IMG/VR virus record: IMGVR_UViG_3300048060_000004
Span: 1 to 43,577 of that record
Reading direction: 5' to 3' (one strand)
Length of the DNA: 43,577 nt
DNA from: a virus
Lineage: Duplodnaviria; Caudoviricetes
Position numbers and translations under genes: made by a program. Below, in pieces: positions 27,930 through 37,498 of this stretch. Every line of letters starts with the position of its first letter. Position 1 is the first letter of the stretch. The notes beneath the pieces were generated by a model. That model did no database searches. It was not told the origin of the DNA and worked only from the letters and a program-made list of their open reading frames with translations.

Positions 27930-28224
27930 AGTTATTCTCCGTTTGCTCGCTGTGAGCGATCTCAGTGTTATCAGAGAGAAATGCCGGAAAAATATCCCCA
28001 GTCTCGCGGTTAAAATCCGAGTCACACTCAAAGTCGCACTTATCGCATTCATACCACCTTGGGCCTTCGTCCGCTTCGTTCTCGTAGAGATTGCCCCCGC
28101 ATGTGGGGCATAGATAACCAGCCGATGCGCTATCAACAGCGAGGCCGCTGCCAGTTTTATCTGTTTTGTCTTTGTCCATAGTTATTCTCCGTTCTTCTCG
28201 CTGTGAGCGATCTCAGTGTTATCA
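27747..28224 (+). mobile_element. attC-like cassette array A (two sites: 27862-27973, 28112-28224)
   Basis: Near-identical ~110-bp AAC...GTT imperfect hairpins; GTTCTGTG/CACAGAAC and GTTATC/GATAAC cassette ends. Confidence 0.75.
27922..28179 (-). CDS. Small Zn-ribbon cassette protein
   Basis: CPTC...CDKC; N-terminus paralogous to neighbour. Confidence 0.7.
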   Translation of the reverse strand: MDKDKTDKTGSGLAVDSASAGYLCPTCGGNLYENEADEGPRWYECDKCDFECDSDFNRETGDIFPAFLSDNTEIAHSEQTENNYG

Positions 28225-28391
28225 TCCATCAGGTCAAACTCGGTTGGCAGTTCATCCTTCACGCAGTTAGGGTGGTATCCTAGACCAAGTGCAACCTTCC
28301 GAACCATATCAGCGTAATCAGAGATGATAACCACCTCTTTCTTGGATTCCAGCGTCAGGATTTGATGTTTGTCTTCTACTGTTATTTTCAT
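28182..28391 (-). CDS. Hypothetical protein
   Basis: ORF ending DNTEIAHSE like its neighbour. Confidence 0.65.
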   Translation of the reverse strand: MKITVEDKHQILTLESKKEVVIISDYADMVRKVALGLGYHPNCVKDELPTEFDLMDDNTEIAHSEKNGE

Positions 28392-28714
28392 AATAAATTG
28401 GTGGCGACGAGGGAAAAACCTGCCGAGCAGGGGAAACACACCCTCGCCGCCAATGAACACAAAGTTAAGGCCAACTGGGAATCGGGAGAAGTCTGATTCT
28501 CCTCTGGACATGTAGCCCATTAGACCCAGCCAGCCAAATTGAACGCCCCTTCAGGGAGCCAACCCCATCCAGCGCGTGATTCGTTTGCGCGTCTTCTTCG
28601 CGGCTCCGGTAAGACGACCTATTACGCAGCGGAACATTCTGCGCTTTTACTCTCGGAAGTGTGCTTGCCAAATGGCTATATATGGACAGAGGCATCGAGG
28701 GTCAACGTGGTTAG

Positions 28715-28921
28715 TTAGTCTAGGGTGACAGCGAGGCCGTCAGAAATCATGTTATTAAGTTCATGCTCTAGGACGATCTGCGTAACTCCGTCATCGTCTC
28801 CCCAGCCAGAGATCACGTAAGCAAGCTCGTCTTCGCCTACCGATCCTGCTGGTGTTACGTTCATTACGTCAACAACGTCCCAGACCTTTGAGTTGATTTT
28901 TATGTGCTTTGGGTTCTTCAT
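28715..28921 (-). CDS. Hypothetical protein
   Basis: ORF with AC-rich leader. Confidence 0.6.
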   Translation of the reverse strand: MKNPKHIKINSKVWDVVDVMNVTPAGSVGEDELAYVISGWGDDDGVTQIVLEHELNNMISDGLAVTLD

Positions 28922-28969
28922 GTTGTTACTGTTTAGTGTTTTACCCATTGGTGTCAAGCTATTTGTGCA

Positions 28970-30877
28970 TTAAAACGGGCACTCGGCATCTACAGCGTCC
29001 ATGTCCTGCTCCTTGAGTTCATCCACCATCACCTCTTGCTTTTGCTCAATCGGGTATGGGCTACTGAATCCAGTGTATTCCTGTGCGTAGATACGAGCCT
29101 TCTTGTCGTATTTCAGGCCGTGAACAAACTCCTCTCGGAAACCGTTTCGCTGCTTCCATACGGAAAAGTAAACATCTGAGCCATCAATAAGTCTCTGAAT
29201 TTTCTTGGGTGTGCGATCCTCTTCGTCATACTCTTCTGGCTTCTCCTTCACCTTGTTACGGAATACGGTAGCTCCATACTGGATGGGCTTAATCATACCC
29301 TTGGATCCTTCCACGTCGCGACGACTAGGAATCTTCCACTCTGATCCCTCTTGACTCATTAGCGAGTGAGCAACAAGCATACTATTCGTGCCAGTCTTCT
29401 TGTCGAACTTGTCCAGCTTACGAACGAAAGCATCCTGAGCATCGTAGTCATCCTTGCGAATGTCTGCAATCTCTGAGAGATTATCAATCAGGAATCGTGT
29501 GCAGCCGAATCGCTTTGCGGCATAGTCCATGTCGTCCAGTAGGCCATTTGCCCCAATCTCATTATTTACTCCGTCGATGAAGAACAGCTTACCACGAAGC
29601 GCATCAGCAGCCAGTCGAATGTCATGGTCATCTGGCTCATGCATTGCCATCTGCCATGCGCACAGACGTAGCAAATCATCCATTGGAGTATCAAATGCTG
29701 CAATACACACAACTTCGCCCTGACGCATTTCGTTCAGCATGATGCAGTTAGCTAAATCCGTCTTTCCGTGACCTGCTATCCCCGTAAGGATTCCAGTGTC
29801 CTTGTTGACGAGCTTGAAATCCATAGATGGAAACAAAAAGTTCCGATTCTTCACGGCCTCCAGCATCTCATTGTTTCGCTGAATCGCGGATTCAACCACA
29901 TCCTCTGCGCCAACAAGCGTCTCAGGGTCGTATGTCGATGACTCCTTCATCATCTTGTCGAGCGCATGCCTGGTTCCCTTGCCAGCGATTAGAAACTCAT
30001 TGGCATCCTTGAACCCATCTGGAAGACTCATCCGAAAACAACGCGTAGCCCCAAGTCGGTTTGCGATGTTCTTGGAGGCTTGCTCACCAGCATCGTCCAT
30101 GTCGGTCAGTAGGTAAATCTTCTCAAACTGCTGAAGTGCCTCAAAGTCGTTGCCGATCCAATCAAGGTTGCTTGATCCCGATGGCATAGACAGAACAGGA
30201 AATTTGCAGCCCATCTGGGAAACTGACATAGCATCAATTTCGCCCTCAGTGATGCAGATTTTCTTGGTGTTCTTGTCTACCATCCACCAGCCCCAAAGGG
30301 TGTGATATGGCGGTGTTGACCAAATATCTTTCTTGCCGCTCTCTGTCTTCTCGATCCCAGTTGACTTGAGATACACATAGTTTCCATCTGGATCAGTGAA
30401 TGCTGCCGCCCAGAAGTGCTTGTTGTGCTTGGAGCCTCTTCTGTGAACACGAACCTTGTATTTCTCAATGATATCTTGAGATAGCTGACGCTCATCCTTT
30501 AGGTAAGCCATGACAGGTGACGTGTCCTTGAGGCCGTATGTCTTGTCCTTCGGCTTGGCTGGCTTCTTATTGGCGAAAGCTGGACGAACGTTCGTCACTC
30601 CGCAGAGCTTTCTGGCTTCCGCCATAGTGTCTGCCCATGTTCCTCCTAGCTTGCGGTGAAGAAGGTTGAGGATGTTTACGCTCTCCCCTCCGTTGTTGTC
30701 CTTGGCGAAGTAAATACCACCCTTTTGGCGGAATACTCCTGTGGATTGTCCTTCGTTCCCGTCTAGGTCGCCCATCTTGTAGGACGCTCCGCGCTTCGTA
30801 GCGTTCGGGAAGTGGTTAGTCATAACCGCATCAATACGGTCTGATAGTAATCTGTTTAGTTCTTGTGGGTCTGCCAT
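28970..30877 (-). CDS. T7 gp4/Twinkle-like primase-helicase
   Basis: TOPRIM ITEGEIDAMS and DMDDAG; SF4 Walker A GIAGHGKT, Walker B FLIDNL, LVAH, KQRNG. Confidence 0.92.
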   Translation of the reverse strand: MADPQELNRLLSDRIDAVMTNHFPNATKRGASYKMGDLDGNEGQSTGVFRQKGGIYFAKDNNGGESVNILNLLHRKLGGTWADTMAEARKLCGVTNVRPAFANKKPAKPKDKTYGLKDTSPVMAYLKDERQLSQDIIEKYKVRVHRRGSKHNKHFWAAAFTDPDGNYVYLKSTGIEKTESGKKDIWSTPPYHTLWGWWMVDKNTKKICITEGEIDAMSVSQMGCKFPVLSMPSGSSNLDWIGNDFEALQQFEKIYLLTDMDDAGEQASKNIANRLGATRCFRMSLPDGFKDANEFLIAGKGTRHALDKMMKESSTYDPETLVGAEDVVESAIQRNNEMLEAVKNRNFLFPSMDFKLVNKDTGILTGIAGHGKTDLANCIMLNEMRQGEVVCIAAFDTPMDDLLRLCAWQMAMHEPDDHDIRLAADALRGKLFFIDGVNNEIGANGLLDDMDYAAKRFGCTRFLIDNLSEIADIRKDDYDAQDAFVRKLDKFDKKTGTNSMLVAHSLMSQEGSEWKIPSRRDVEGSKGMIKPIQYGATVFRNKVKEKPEEYDEEDRTPKKIQRLIDGSDVYFSVWKQRNGFREEFVHGLKYDKKARIYAQEYTGFSSPYPIEQKQEVMVDELKEQDMDAVDAECPF

Positions 30878-30907
30878 TGTCTTATGTCTTGTGTTATGTG
30901 TTTTGTC

Positions 30908-31360
30908 TTACCCGAAATTGCGTTGGTCTGCCATCTCCTTTAGGTGGTCTGCCGCTCCTCCGAATGGGTCGTAGGGGTCATCCTCATTTTCATTTACATC
31001 TGCATTGATATTTACATTAGTATTAGCATTTACATTAGTATTATGCTTAGCATCACTAGCATTTGCTAGATTATCGTAGCATTTGCTAGATTTGCTAGCC
31101 TTTGCTAAGCCACCCTTCTTTCCTGCTGCGCGTCGCTTCTCCTTGGTCTTTAACCACTTATCGTGATCCCTATCAAATTGCTTTGCGAACAGCCTGTAGA
31201 ACCGCTTTGTTGCGCCATTAGATACTTGATCTATATCAAACTCCCCCATATTGTAATTGATAACAAAATCTAAGAACTCAGCCTTCTCGGTCATCGTCAT
31301 TTCCTTCACATCTTCTAGCATATCAAGATGCAGAACGAAGCTTTCTTTGCGGTCAATCAT
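30908..31360 (-). CDS. DUF6291-like replication initiator
   Basis: SFVLH...DRD..KW.....KRR.AGKKGG followed by Asn-rich linker. Confidence 0.7.
   Translation of the reverse strand: MIDRKESFVLHLDMLEDVKEMTMTEKAEFLDFVINYNMGEFDIDQVSNGATKRFYRLFAKQFDRDHDKWLKTKEKRRAAGKKGGLAKASKSSKCYDNLANASDAKHNTNVNANTNVNINADVNENEDDPYDPFGGAADHLKEMADQRNFG
30991..31108. repeat. Iteron-like repeats, candidate origin
   Basis: ATTTACATTAGTATTA at 31010 and 31028; TAGCATTTGCTAGATT at 31057 and 31077; further TTTGCTA units. Confidence 0.65.
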
Positions 31361-31690
31361 AGAACCCTCCGATCTATTGGTTTCTTGGAATCTTTCTCTA
31401 TCTGATACTCTACCAGATAGTCGATAATTACATCAAGCCTTAACAGGAGCTTTTGTGAGTATAGACTTATCCAATGGGAGAGCTTAATTAGTAGTCTAAT
31501 TAGGGTTATCATAGCCAGCGTCCTCCAGACGCAAAAAACACCCCCCAAAGCTGGTGTGAAGTAAGGCCATGAAACGAGCCATCCAGCGATGAGAGGTGTA
31601 AATTGTATGTTCCATAATTGAGGGACTTCACTCCCGTTTGTCAAGCATTAGAGACGGTAATCCCTAATTTATTCCCGAGTATGCACAAAT

Positions 31691-31930
31691 TTATTCATTT
31701 GTCAAGTATCTCATCATTACCTCATTGATAGTCGGCCCACCAATAATCTCATGGTATTCGCCATCTGACCTATATTGCTCGAAGTAATGCACTGCCTCTG
31801 ATAGAACCTTGATGCAGTCACTCCCTTCAACCGACCAAAGCCCAAGCTTGCAGGATACTTTATAGTAAACTCCATCCCTCGAAGATGTAGAGCACATCAA
31901 AAAGGCTCCCGTGTCGTCTATTTCTTTCAT
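31691..31930 (-). CDS. Hypothetical protein
   Basis: ORF co-oriented with arm. Confidence 0.6.
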   Translation of the reverse strand: MKEIDDTGAFLMCSTSSRDGVYYKVSCKLGLWSVEGSDCIKVLSEAVHYFEQYRSDGEYHEIIGGPTINEVMMRYLTNE

Positions 31931-32294
31931 TCTTCTAGGTTCTCCAGTGCAATCATAATTGCCGCTCTAATGCCGCTGAGCTTCGCTCTATGGCTCTCCG
32001 TGGTTTTGCGCATGTCTAGGCTCTCGTAGATTCTTAAAGCCGTTTCTAGGGCTGCTGTGGTGTCTTTATTCGTCATTTGTGTTGTATTCTTGTCGATTTA
32101 GACCAACTTGGTCTGCGATATTTGCTCTTAGAAATGTCGATTGTGCCGACCTGACCCTCGTAGGTCACGTATTCGGGCGGAGGGCTTCTCCGCTTTTTCC
32201 ATAGTTTGTATTGTATTTTAGAAGAGGTCTTCATCAAGGATGTCCTTTAGCTCACTGTCTCGATCCTTGCCGAGATTCTGTGCGTTGTCAATGG

Positions 32295-32636
32295 CTAGTT
32301 CTGATATTTCCATAGGTTGAGTGTTTTGAGGAATGCTTCGGCTCGTTGGGCGGCGGTGGCGTGCCAAGTCCATCCTACACCATCCATTGCTCTACGTAAA
32401 TTGTCAGAATATTCATCGTATAGCGTAGGATCACCTAGATGCTTCTCCGCCTCGTGCATTGCGTTGAGGTCGTTGAGGTAGTCGGGGATGTCGATTCGGT
32501 TGCTGGAGCATTCGTGATTCCCAGTCAGGACATTATATCCATCGTTACCAGTATCCGAGCGATACACCCATATTTTCTTTACGTCTGTAAACCCGCAGGC
32601 TTCGGCTATTGCGATTCGTTGTTCTTCTGTGTTCAT
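32295..32636 (-). CDS. Phage hypothetical protein (ABA-sandwich-like)
   Basis: IAIAEACG...PDYLNDLNAMHEAE...ATAAQRAEAFL. Confidence 0.65.
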   Translation of the reverse strand: MNTEEQRIAIAEACGFTDVKKIWVYRSDTGNDGYNVLTGNHECSSNRIDIPDYLNDLNAMHEAEKHLGDPTLYDEYSDNLRRAMDGVGWTWHATAAQRAEAFLKTLNLWKYQN

Positions 32637-32637
32637 G

Positions 32638-32841
32638 TTAATAATCCACGTCCTCGTTGGTTGCTATTCTTCTTAGTTCCTCGTCCCTATCAATTCCCAT
32701 GTTCCTTGTGTTACTCATGGCTAGTCTTGACATCTTTTTAATCCACTCGCTCTCGCCATACAGATCGTGGGCAATCATGCGATCCTGAACGTATGGCGGG
32801 AGCTTGTGAAAGTATTTTTTAACTTTGCCCAGATCTCCCAT
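32638..32841 (-). CDS. Hypothetical protein
   Basis: Coupled ORF. Confidence 0.6.
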   Translation of the reverse strand: MGDLGKVKKYFHKLPPYVQDRMIAHDLYGESEWIKKMSRLAMSNTRNMGIDRDEELRRIATNEDVDY

Positions 32842-33215
32842 TAGAAGGGAGGTTCCTCATCTACTGCGGAGGCATCGTGACCACCAGCCGAGATGGTATT
32901 GTCAGCCTGATCCTTATCTTGGTCTGCACGAATGGACTTGAGGCTAGTGAAGTATCGACCTTCAGCTTTCCCCTTACCTGCGCGAGATTCCACGTCAAAG
33001 GTGACATCTACGAAGTCTCCCACATTGTTATACTTCTTGAAGTTTTCGATACGCTGACCGTCTGACTTCTCAAAGATTTCAAAGACTAGAGTCTTTTCAG
33101 CGCCCTCGTAACCGTCGTTGTTTTGAATGACATACAAGAGCTTGTTGTATTGTCCATCTGAGACGGACTCCACTGGCTTGATGTCGATGATTTTTCCTGA
33201 TGCTTTTAGTTCCAT
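32841..33215 (-). CDS. Single-stranded DNA-binding protein (DUF3127-like OB fold)
   Basis: VGDFVDVTFDVESR..GRYFTSL; acidic tail DEEPPF. Confidence 0.8.
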   Translation of the reverse strand: MELKASGKIIDIKPVESVSDGQYNKLLYVIQNNDGYEGAEKTLVFEIFEKSDGQRIENFKKYNNVGDFVDVTFDVESRAGKGKAEGRYFTSLKSIRADQDKDQADNTISAGGHDASAVDEEPPF

Positions 33216-33223
33216 ATTATTTA

Positions 33224-33487
33224 TTACTTGTTGATTGAAATTACGTCTTGTGCCATGCCAAGGTAGGTGCATCCTTCTGTCATGAGTGCACTTTTGGTTA
33301 TCGCGCCGTCATCAAGTGCCACTCCATGTAAATCTTCACCCACAATATACACCCAATGGTGAATATTGTCCTGCCATACTTGACCTGGTTCTAATTTTGG
33401 AACGTCCTTGATTGGCGTTAGTATCAGTTCGCCGCCCATTATAACGTTTACCTTGTATTTCTTTCCGTCTAGTTCTGTTGTATCCAT
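33224..33487 (-). CDS. Hypothetical protein
   Basis: ORF in operon. Confidence 0.6.
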   Translation of the reverse strand: MDTTELDGKKYKVNVIMGGELILTPIKDVPKLEPGQVWQDNIHHWVYIVGEDLHGVALDDGAITKSALMTEGCTYLGMAQDVISINK

Positions 33488-33488
33488 A

Positions 33489-34103
33489 TTATTTTGCTAG
33501 TTGTTCTTTTTTTGATGCGAAAGCCCGCTTAACGTCTGCGCGTTCTTGCATGTCCTTCGTGAGAGTCTTCCAGAGTGCTGTTAATGCCTCTACTGTTGCA
33601 GCTTCCGATACGTCTGTCAAGACATCTGCTGGTTTAATTGCAAACTCAGCGGCCATTTGGCTGACGTATTTGTTGTCATCGTAGCGACCCATAAACACAT
33701 CAGCATTGAAGCCGAGAGTAGACAAGCCCTTGGTGATGGCATCGGTCTGAGCCTTCTTTGCGTATTCGTCATCCACCATAAGGTAGCCTTCGCCGTTCTT
33801 GGTGACGTATGCAACCTTGACGTTGGACGTGATTGGGAACTCGCCATGCTGGCCTCTGTATTCATACCACATTGTAGCCTGATAGGTTCCAATCTTGGTC
33901 TTGTTGTCGAAGTCGAGATAGCTCCAAGCTTCATCCTTCACACCCCATCCGATACCGTATGGGCCGAATACTGCTGTAGCATTCTTGCGCTGATATTGAG
34001 GGGCGATGGCCGTGATCTGCATCTGGCCGATGCGAGCCTTCTTGGTGTGCTTGGGGTCTGTCTTCTCGACGGACTCCCATAGTTTTAGGTTTTCTTTACT
34101 CAT
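33489..34103 (-). CDS. Rad52/Sak-like single-strand annealing protein
   Basis: FGPYGIGWG, KKAQTDAITK..S.LGF.ADVF; next to SSB. Confidence 0.75.
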   Translation of the reverse strand: MSKENLKLWESVEKTDPKHTKKARIGQMQITAIAPQYQRKNATAVFGPYGIGWGVKDEAWSYLDFDNKTKIGTYQATMWYEYRGQHGEFPITSNVKVAYVTKNGEGYLMVDDEYAKKAQTDAITKGLSTLGFNADVFMGRYDDNKYVSQMAAEFAIKPADVLTDVSEAATVEALTALWKTLTKDMQERADVKRAFASKKEQLAK

Positions 34104-34249
34104 ATAGTTTAGCTGACTCTTTTTGAGCGGTGAGCCATCCGATTACGTAGTGTTTGTTCTGGGTTGGTGTGTAGATGTTATCCATGCAGCCTAGGCTGTA
34201 GCCATCGTAGAAGGCGTCGTAGCCTGAGCAGAAGTAGATGTCCATTGTG

Positions 34250-34582
34250 TTATACTTCTGGGAGTTCTACTTTATCTGAGATGTTGATTACACGATTGTG
34301 CGGAACAAGCTCAGTGGATCGGACAACGAACTCAGAGCCAGTCCATCGGGCTAGGTCTGTTCGCTCGATTGCTCCAAGGCGCTGGCGCTTTGCTAGATAC
34401 CTAATCATGTATTTGCCGTCGATCTCTAGCCCATTGTCGTAGTGGTAGTAGACTGCGCGGATATCAGTTTCCTTCTGTCCATACGTGCCACGAATCTCAT
34501 CTCTGAGGTTGCTGTTTTCTTTGTAAAGAACTTGAATGTCCTGCTCTAGTTCTTCGATACGTTTCTGTGTCTTAGTTTTCAT
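34250..34582 (-). CDS. Hypothetical protein
   Basis: N-terminal coiled coil. Confidence 0.6.
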   Translation of the reverse strand: MKTKTQKRIEELEQDIQVLYKENSNLRDEIRGTYGQKETDIRAVYYHYDNGLEIDGKYMIRYLAKRQRLGAIERTDLARWTGSEFVVRSTELVPHNRVINISDKVELPEV

Positions 34583-34587
34583 TATTT

Positions 34588-34842
34588 CTAGTGTTTAGGT
34601 GTTAACTTTAGGTGCTTGCGCATGATCTCATCGGACGGGTATTTTACCCCGCTGCCGCGAGTATGGTGGGCAATGTAGAAGGTCTGATGGAAAGCGTCAA
34701 GGAAATCCTGACGTAAATTACTGAGAGTGTATTCTTTTTCAAACTCAGTGTCACAGCATCCAAGCAGTTCTTCCCGCTTGAGCCATCGGTCGATTGCTCT
34801 GTCTCGTTTGTGCATTATAGTCCTTCTACTTTTGCGCCGCAT
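34588..34842 (-). CDS. Hypothetical protein
   Basis: ORF in operon. Confidence 0.55.
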   Translation of the reverse strand: MRRKSRRTIMHKRDRAIDRWLKREELLGCCDTEFEKEYTLSNLRQDFLDAFHQTFYIAHHTRGSGVKYPSDEIMRKHLKLTPKH

Positions 34843-35126
34843 TGAGCGTAACCAGCGATGTCTACCCAGTTGTCTCTCTTCGGCTTGTGATTGTTGCGAA
34901 CGATCTTCATGAGAATCATCATGTTGGCGACGTCCTTTGGTGCGATTAGATCACCGTCGCACTTAAGGTAGGTGTTCCACATATCTGCAATTTCTTGGAA
35001 GTTCTGCTTAGGAGAACCGTAATCTTGCTGTCTGTCTCCGCCTTGGATGCGTAGTGCTTCGGCGCAAATGTCTTCGTATTCTTCACTCATTGGTGGTATC
35101 TTATCTGGTAGTTCTGTTAGGATCAT
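34815..35126 (-). CDS. DUF6378-like protein
   Basis: RQQDYG.P..NF..IA.MW, MMILMKI.R, DNWVDIAGYA. Confidence 0.8.
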   Translation of the reverse strand: MILTELPDKIPPMSEEYEDICAEALRIQGGDRQQDYGSPKQNFQEIADMWNTYLKCDGDLIAPKDVANMMILMKIVRNNHKPKRDNWVDIAGYAQCGAKVEGL

Positions 35127-35128
35127 GA

Positions 35129-35803
35129 CTATAAAAACATAGGTTCCATAAATGCAAGCTTAGAACTGTAAACAACTCCACAGCCCACAATTGGTTTAGC
35201 GGCATAGACGCGTCCGTAGTGCATTGCTGGATGTTCGTGATCCACACCACATCCAACTTGCATTCCGAACACGCAGTCACTCTTGTTCGCGTGGTAGACA
35301 ACTCCAGCCTGAGCATGTAAGTGTCCCTGAACGAGCGAACTAAACTGAGCTTGGGAGTTCTTGTAGGCTGCCATCTGACCACCCTTTTCCTTGTCTCCGT
35401 GACGGTAGATGACATCATCAATAACAAGGTCATGGAAGCGGGGGTGAACAGTCCAGCCGCTCAAGTCCCACAAGGCTTTGAAGTCCTTTAGAACCTCTTC
35501 TGGCAGGCCGATAGTCTGAGCCTTGCGGGATGGCAGGCAGTCGTGATTCCCGAGTAGGTGGTCAACCTTTGGAAACGCTCGATGTAGCTTGCGAACCTGC
35601 TTGAATGCTTTCTTGTATTCTTCAGCAGCAGAGGGATGGCTTGGGTCTTTCTCGTGGTAGCTGATGCTGTTCCAGTCAACAAGGTCGCCAATGTGAACCA
35701 CTCGGTTGCACTTGTGCTTCTTGTAGATTTTCTTGAGGAAGGGTATATACCCCTCCAGCATGCAAGGCGCGTGGCAATCGCCAATTATTAATACTCTGCT
35801 CAT
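35129..35803 (-). CDS. Calcineurin-like metallophosphoesterase
   Basis: DCH, GDLVD, GNHD, HG, GHLH motifs. Confidence 0.92.
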   Translation of the reverse strand: MSRVLIIGDCHAPCMLEGYIPFLKKIYKKHKCNRVVHIGDLVDWNSISYHEKDPSHPSAAEEYKKAFKQVRKLHRAFPKVDHLLGNHDCLPSRKAQTIGLPEEVLKDFKALWDLSGWTVHPRFHDLVIDDVIYRHGDKEKGGQMAAYKNSQAQFSSLVQGHLHAQAGVVYHANKSDCVFGMQVGCGVDHEHPAMHYGRVYAAKPIVGCGVVYSSKLAFMEPMFL

Positions 35804-35809
35804 GATATT

Positions 35810-36154
35810 TTAGTTGGGTTGAATGTCTCCGTCTTCCTGCGCCTTGTCAAACAGGTAGTGCCAAGGCTCGGTAGGACGTTCGCTCATTTCGTAAAGGTCG
35901 TCGTTCTGCTCGTTGCGAACTTCTACGATGGTGTATTCGTCATAGATGTGAGTATCTACGCCATCGCCAACATCGTGCTTCTCTCGATGCTCAGTTCTTA
36001 GCCAACGCACCTCGATGGGGATTTCAGTTGCACTTGCAGTGTATTCGTCTTGATCTGTCCCGCAGATGAATGAGATGATCTTTGACCACAGTGAGTCACG
36101 CTCTGTTGCGATTGGCTTGTATAGGCAGTGATATGATGTCTCGTTCCAGTTCAT
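35810..36154 (-). CDS. Hypothetical protein
   Basis: AGGA leader, ORF in operon. Confidence 0.6.
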   Translation of the reverse strand: MNWNETSYHCLYKPIATERDSLWSKIISFICGTDQDEYTASATEIPIEVRWLRTEHREKHDVGDGVDTHIYDEYTIVEVRNEQNDDLYEMSERPTEPWHYLFDKAQEDGDIQPN

Positions 36155-36238
36155 TGTGTTTCCTTTCGTTGCAGTTAGCTTTTTAAGTGACCTGTAAGAA
36201 GTAATAGCTCTTTGAGCAGTTCGTCAAGTATTTCTTTG

Positions 36239-36610
36239 TTATTTTTTTTCACGGATTGTTCTGGTTCTGGTTGGCTTCAAGGTGATGCTATATTTGTCGC
36301 ACCAATCCCGAATGCTCTTATGGTTGAATCCAAGCTCTCGGCATACATTATTAACCGTTTCCCCGTTGTTGACGCGATCAGCCACAAGTCTAGCTCTGCG
36401 CTCCTGTTCCTCTGGCGGGTATCCTGTGCAGCCCATTCTGTTTGGGTTTTTCTTGGGCTGGAACTGGATGAATCCCATGCGCTCGTAGTGCTTTACCGCT
36501 CTAGCCCCAAGCTCGATGTTGATGGCCTTCTGGACTGCGCCCTTGATACTACCGCTGTAGTTGATGCAGTCAGAGATTCGCGATGTTTCTAGTGTTGATA
36601 CTGTGTTCAT
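36239..36610 (-). CDS. HTH-containing protein
   Basis: GETVNNVCRELGFNHKSIRDW. Confidence 0.65.
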   Translation of the reverse strand: MNTVSTLETSRISDCINYSGSIKGAVQKAINIELGARAVKHYERMGFIQFQPKKNPNRMGCTGYPPEEQERRARLVADRVNNGETVNNVCRELGFNHKSIRDWCDKYSITLKPTRTRTIREKK

Positions 36611-36631
36611 GTTTTTGTTCTTGTTTTTGTG

Positions 36632-37105
36632 TTATTTACTTGGTTGCCACTTGTTGGCCTTGATAGCCTTGGAGAATAAATCTGTGCGCTCTTCCGAGTT
36701 CTTTGGGGCTAGGATGTCAGTTTCTCTGTCGATCATGCCGACCTCCCGTAGCCCCTCCAGAAGCTCAAGCTGCTTGTCCTTGGGGCTGTTGCGAAAACGC
36801 TTGATGTTGTCACGCGCTCCGACTGGGTGCAGAACGTCCGTATCTGATTGATCCAGGAAGTTCGCTACGGCTCTTAGCATTTCTGGCAGGGGCTTCTGCC
36901 GCACGTCCAGCGAAAGGCGCTTGTAAGCGTTCTCGATGCGCCCCACGAATGCGTTGGTCTCTCCATCTATAGCTCCTCGCACCATTCCTGTGTCGTGGTT
37001 ATGGTCTAAGGCTGGATTCGTCATTGTAACGCCGCTGATCGGGCAGTAGTCAGGCCGATGCTCGTTGCGGTAGTCTTTAACCTTGTTGGATGTAAGATAT
37101 TGCAT
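36632..37105 (-). CDS. Recombination endonuclease VII-like resolvase
   Basis: CPIS...LDHNHDTGMVRG......N...G. Confidence 0.8.
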   Translation of the reverse strand: MQYLTSNKVKDYRNEHRPDYCPISGVTMTNPALDHNHDTGMVRGAIDGETNAFVGRIENAYKRLSLDVRQKPLPEMLRAVANFLDQSDTDVLHPVGARDNIKRFRNSPKDKQLELLEGLREVGMIDRETDILAPKNSEERTDLFSKAIKANKWQPSK

Positions 37106-37117
37106 GCTCTATATGTT

Positions 37118-37318
37118 CTACCAAATTAAAATCAGCGAAAAGACGAACCACCCGATACCAGATGCTCCACCCGTTAAGTGCGCCCAGTATGCGCAGATTC
37201 CCGCAGATGCGAATGTAGCCAGCGTTTGTCCAGTGTATCGCCATGCGGTAGAACCAGACGAGCTAGGCAATGCCTTAGCGGTCGCGGGTGTTTCAGTTTT
37301 TTGGTTTTCTTTACTCAT
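37118..37318 (-). CDS. Small membrane cassette protein
   Basis: Two hydrophobic segments; start inside attC loop. Confidence 0.65.
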   Translation of the reverse strand: MSKENQKTETPATAKALPSSSGSTAWRYTGQTLATFASAGICAYWAHLTGGASGIGWFVFSLILIW

Positions 37319-37498
37319 GGTGTCTTTTGTTGGTTTAGGTTATTCGGCGGCATCGCCTACTCTATATGTTGTATTGGTTTTCTTGGCGTGTAAAGCCCCT
37401 TTCTGTCGCTTTTGAAGCGAGACAGAACCTCCTCAAAGCTCTCATCGCGGCGCGGCCTGTTAAGACCTCCTAATCTTCGCTGCTCTGGCGTGTAACTA

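Noticed and set aside
27866-28224. CRISPR array or DGR template/variable repeat
   Set aside because: Repeats are about 110 bp with gene-sized inserts; differences are not adenine-specific; no cas or reverse transcriptase gene
31357-31644. ORF 31357..31644 as listed
   Set aside because: TTG start and N-terminal half look non-coding; only a shorter C-terminal ORF is plausible
32295-32304. In-frame CAG AAC TAG gene end (GTTCTGA on +) resembling a cassette end
   Set aside because: No matching TCAGAAC or attC hairpin found at the other end of the gene
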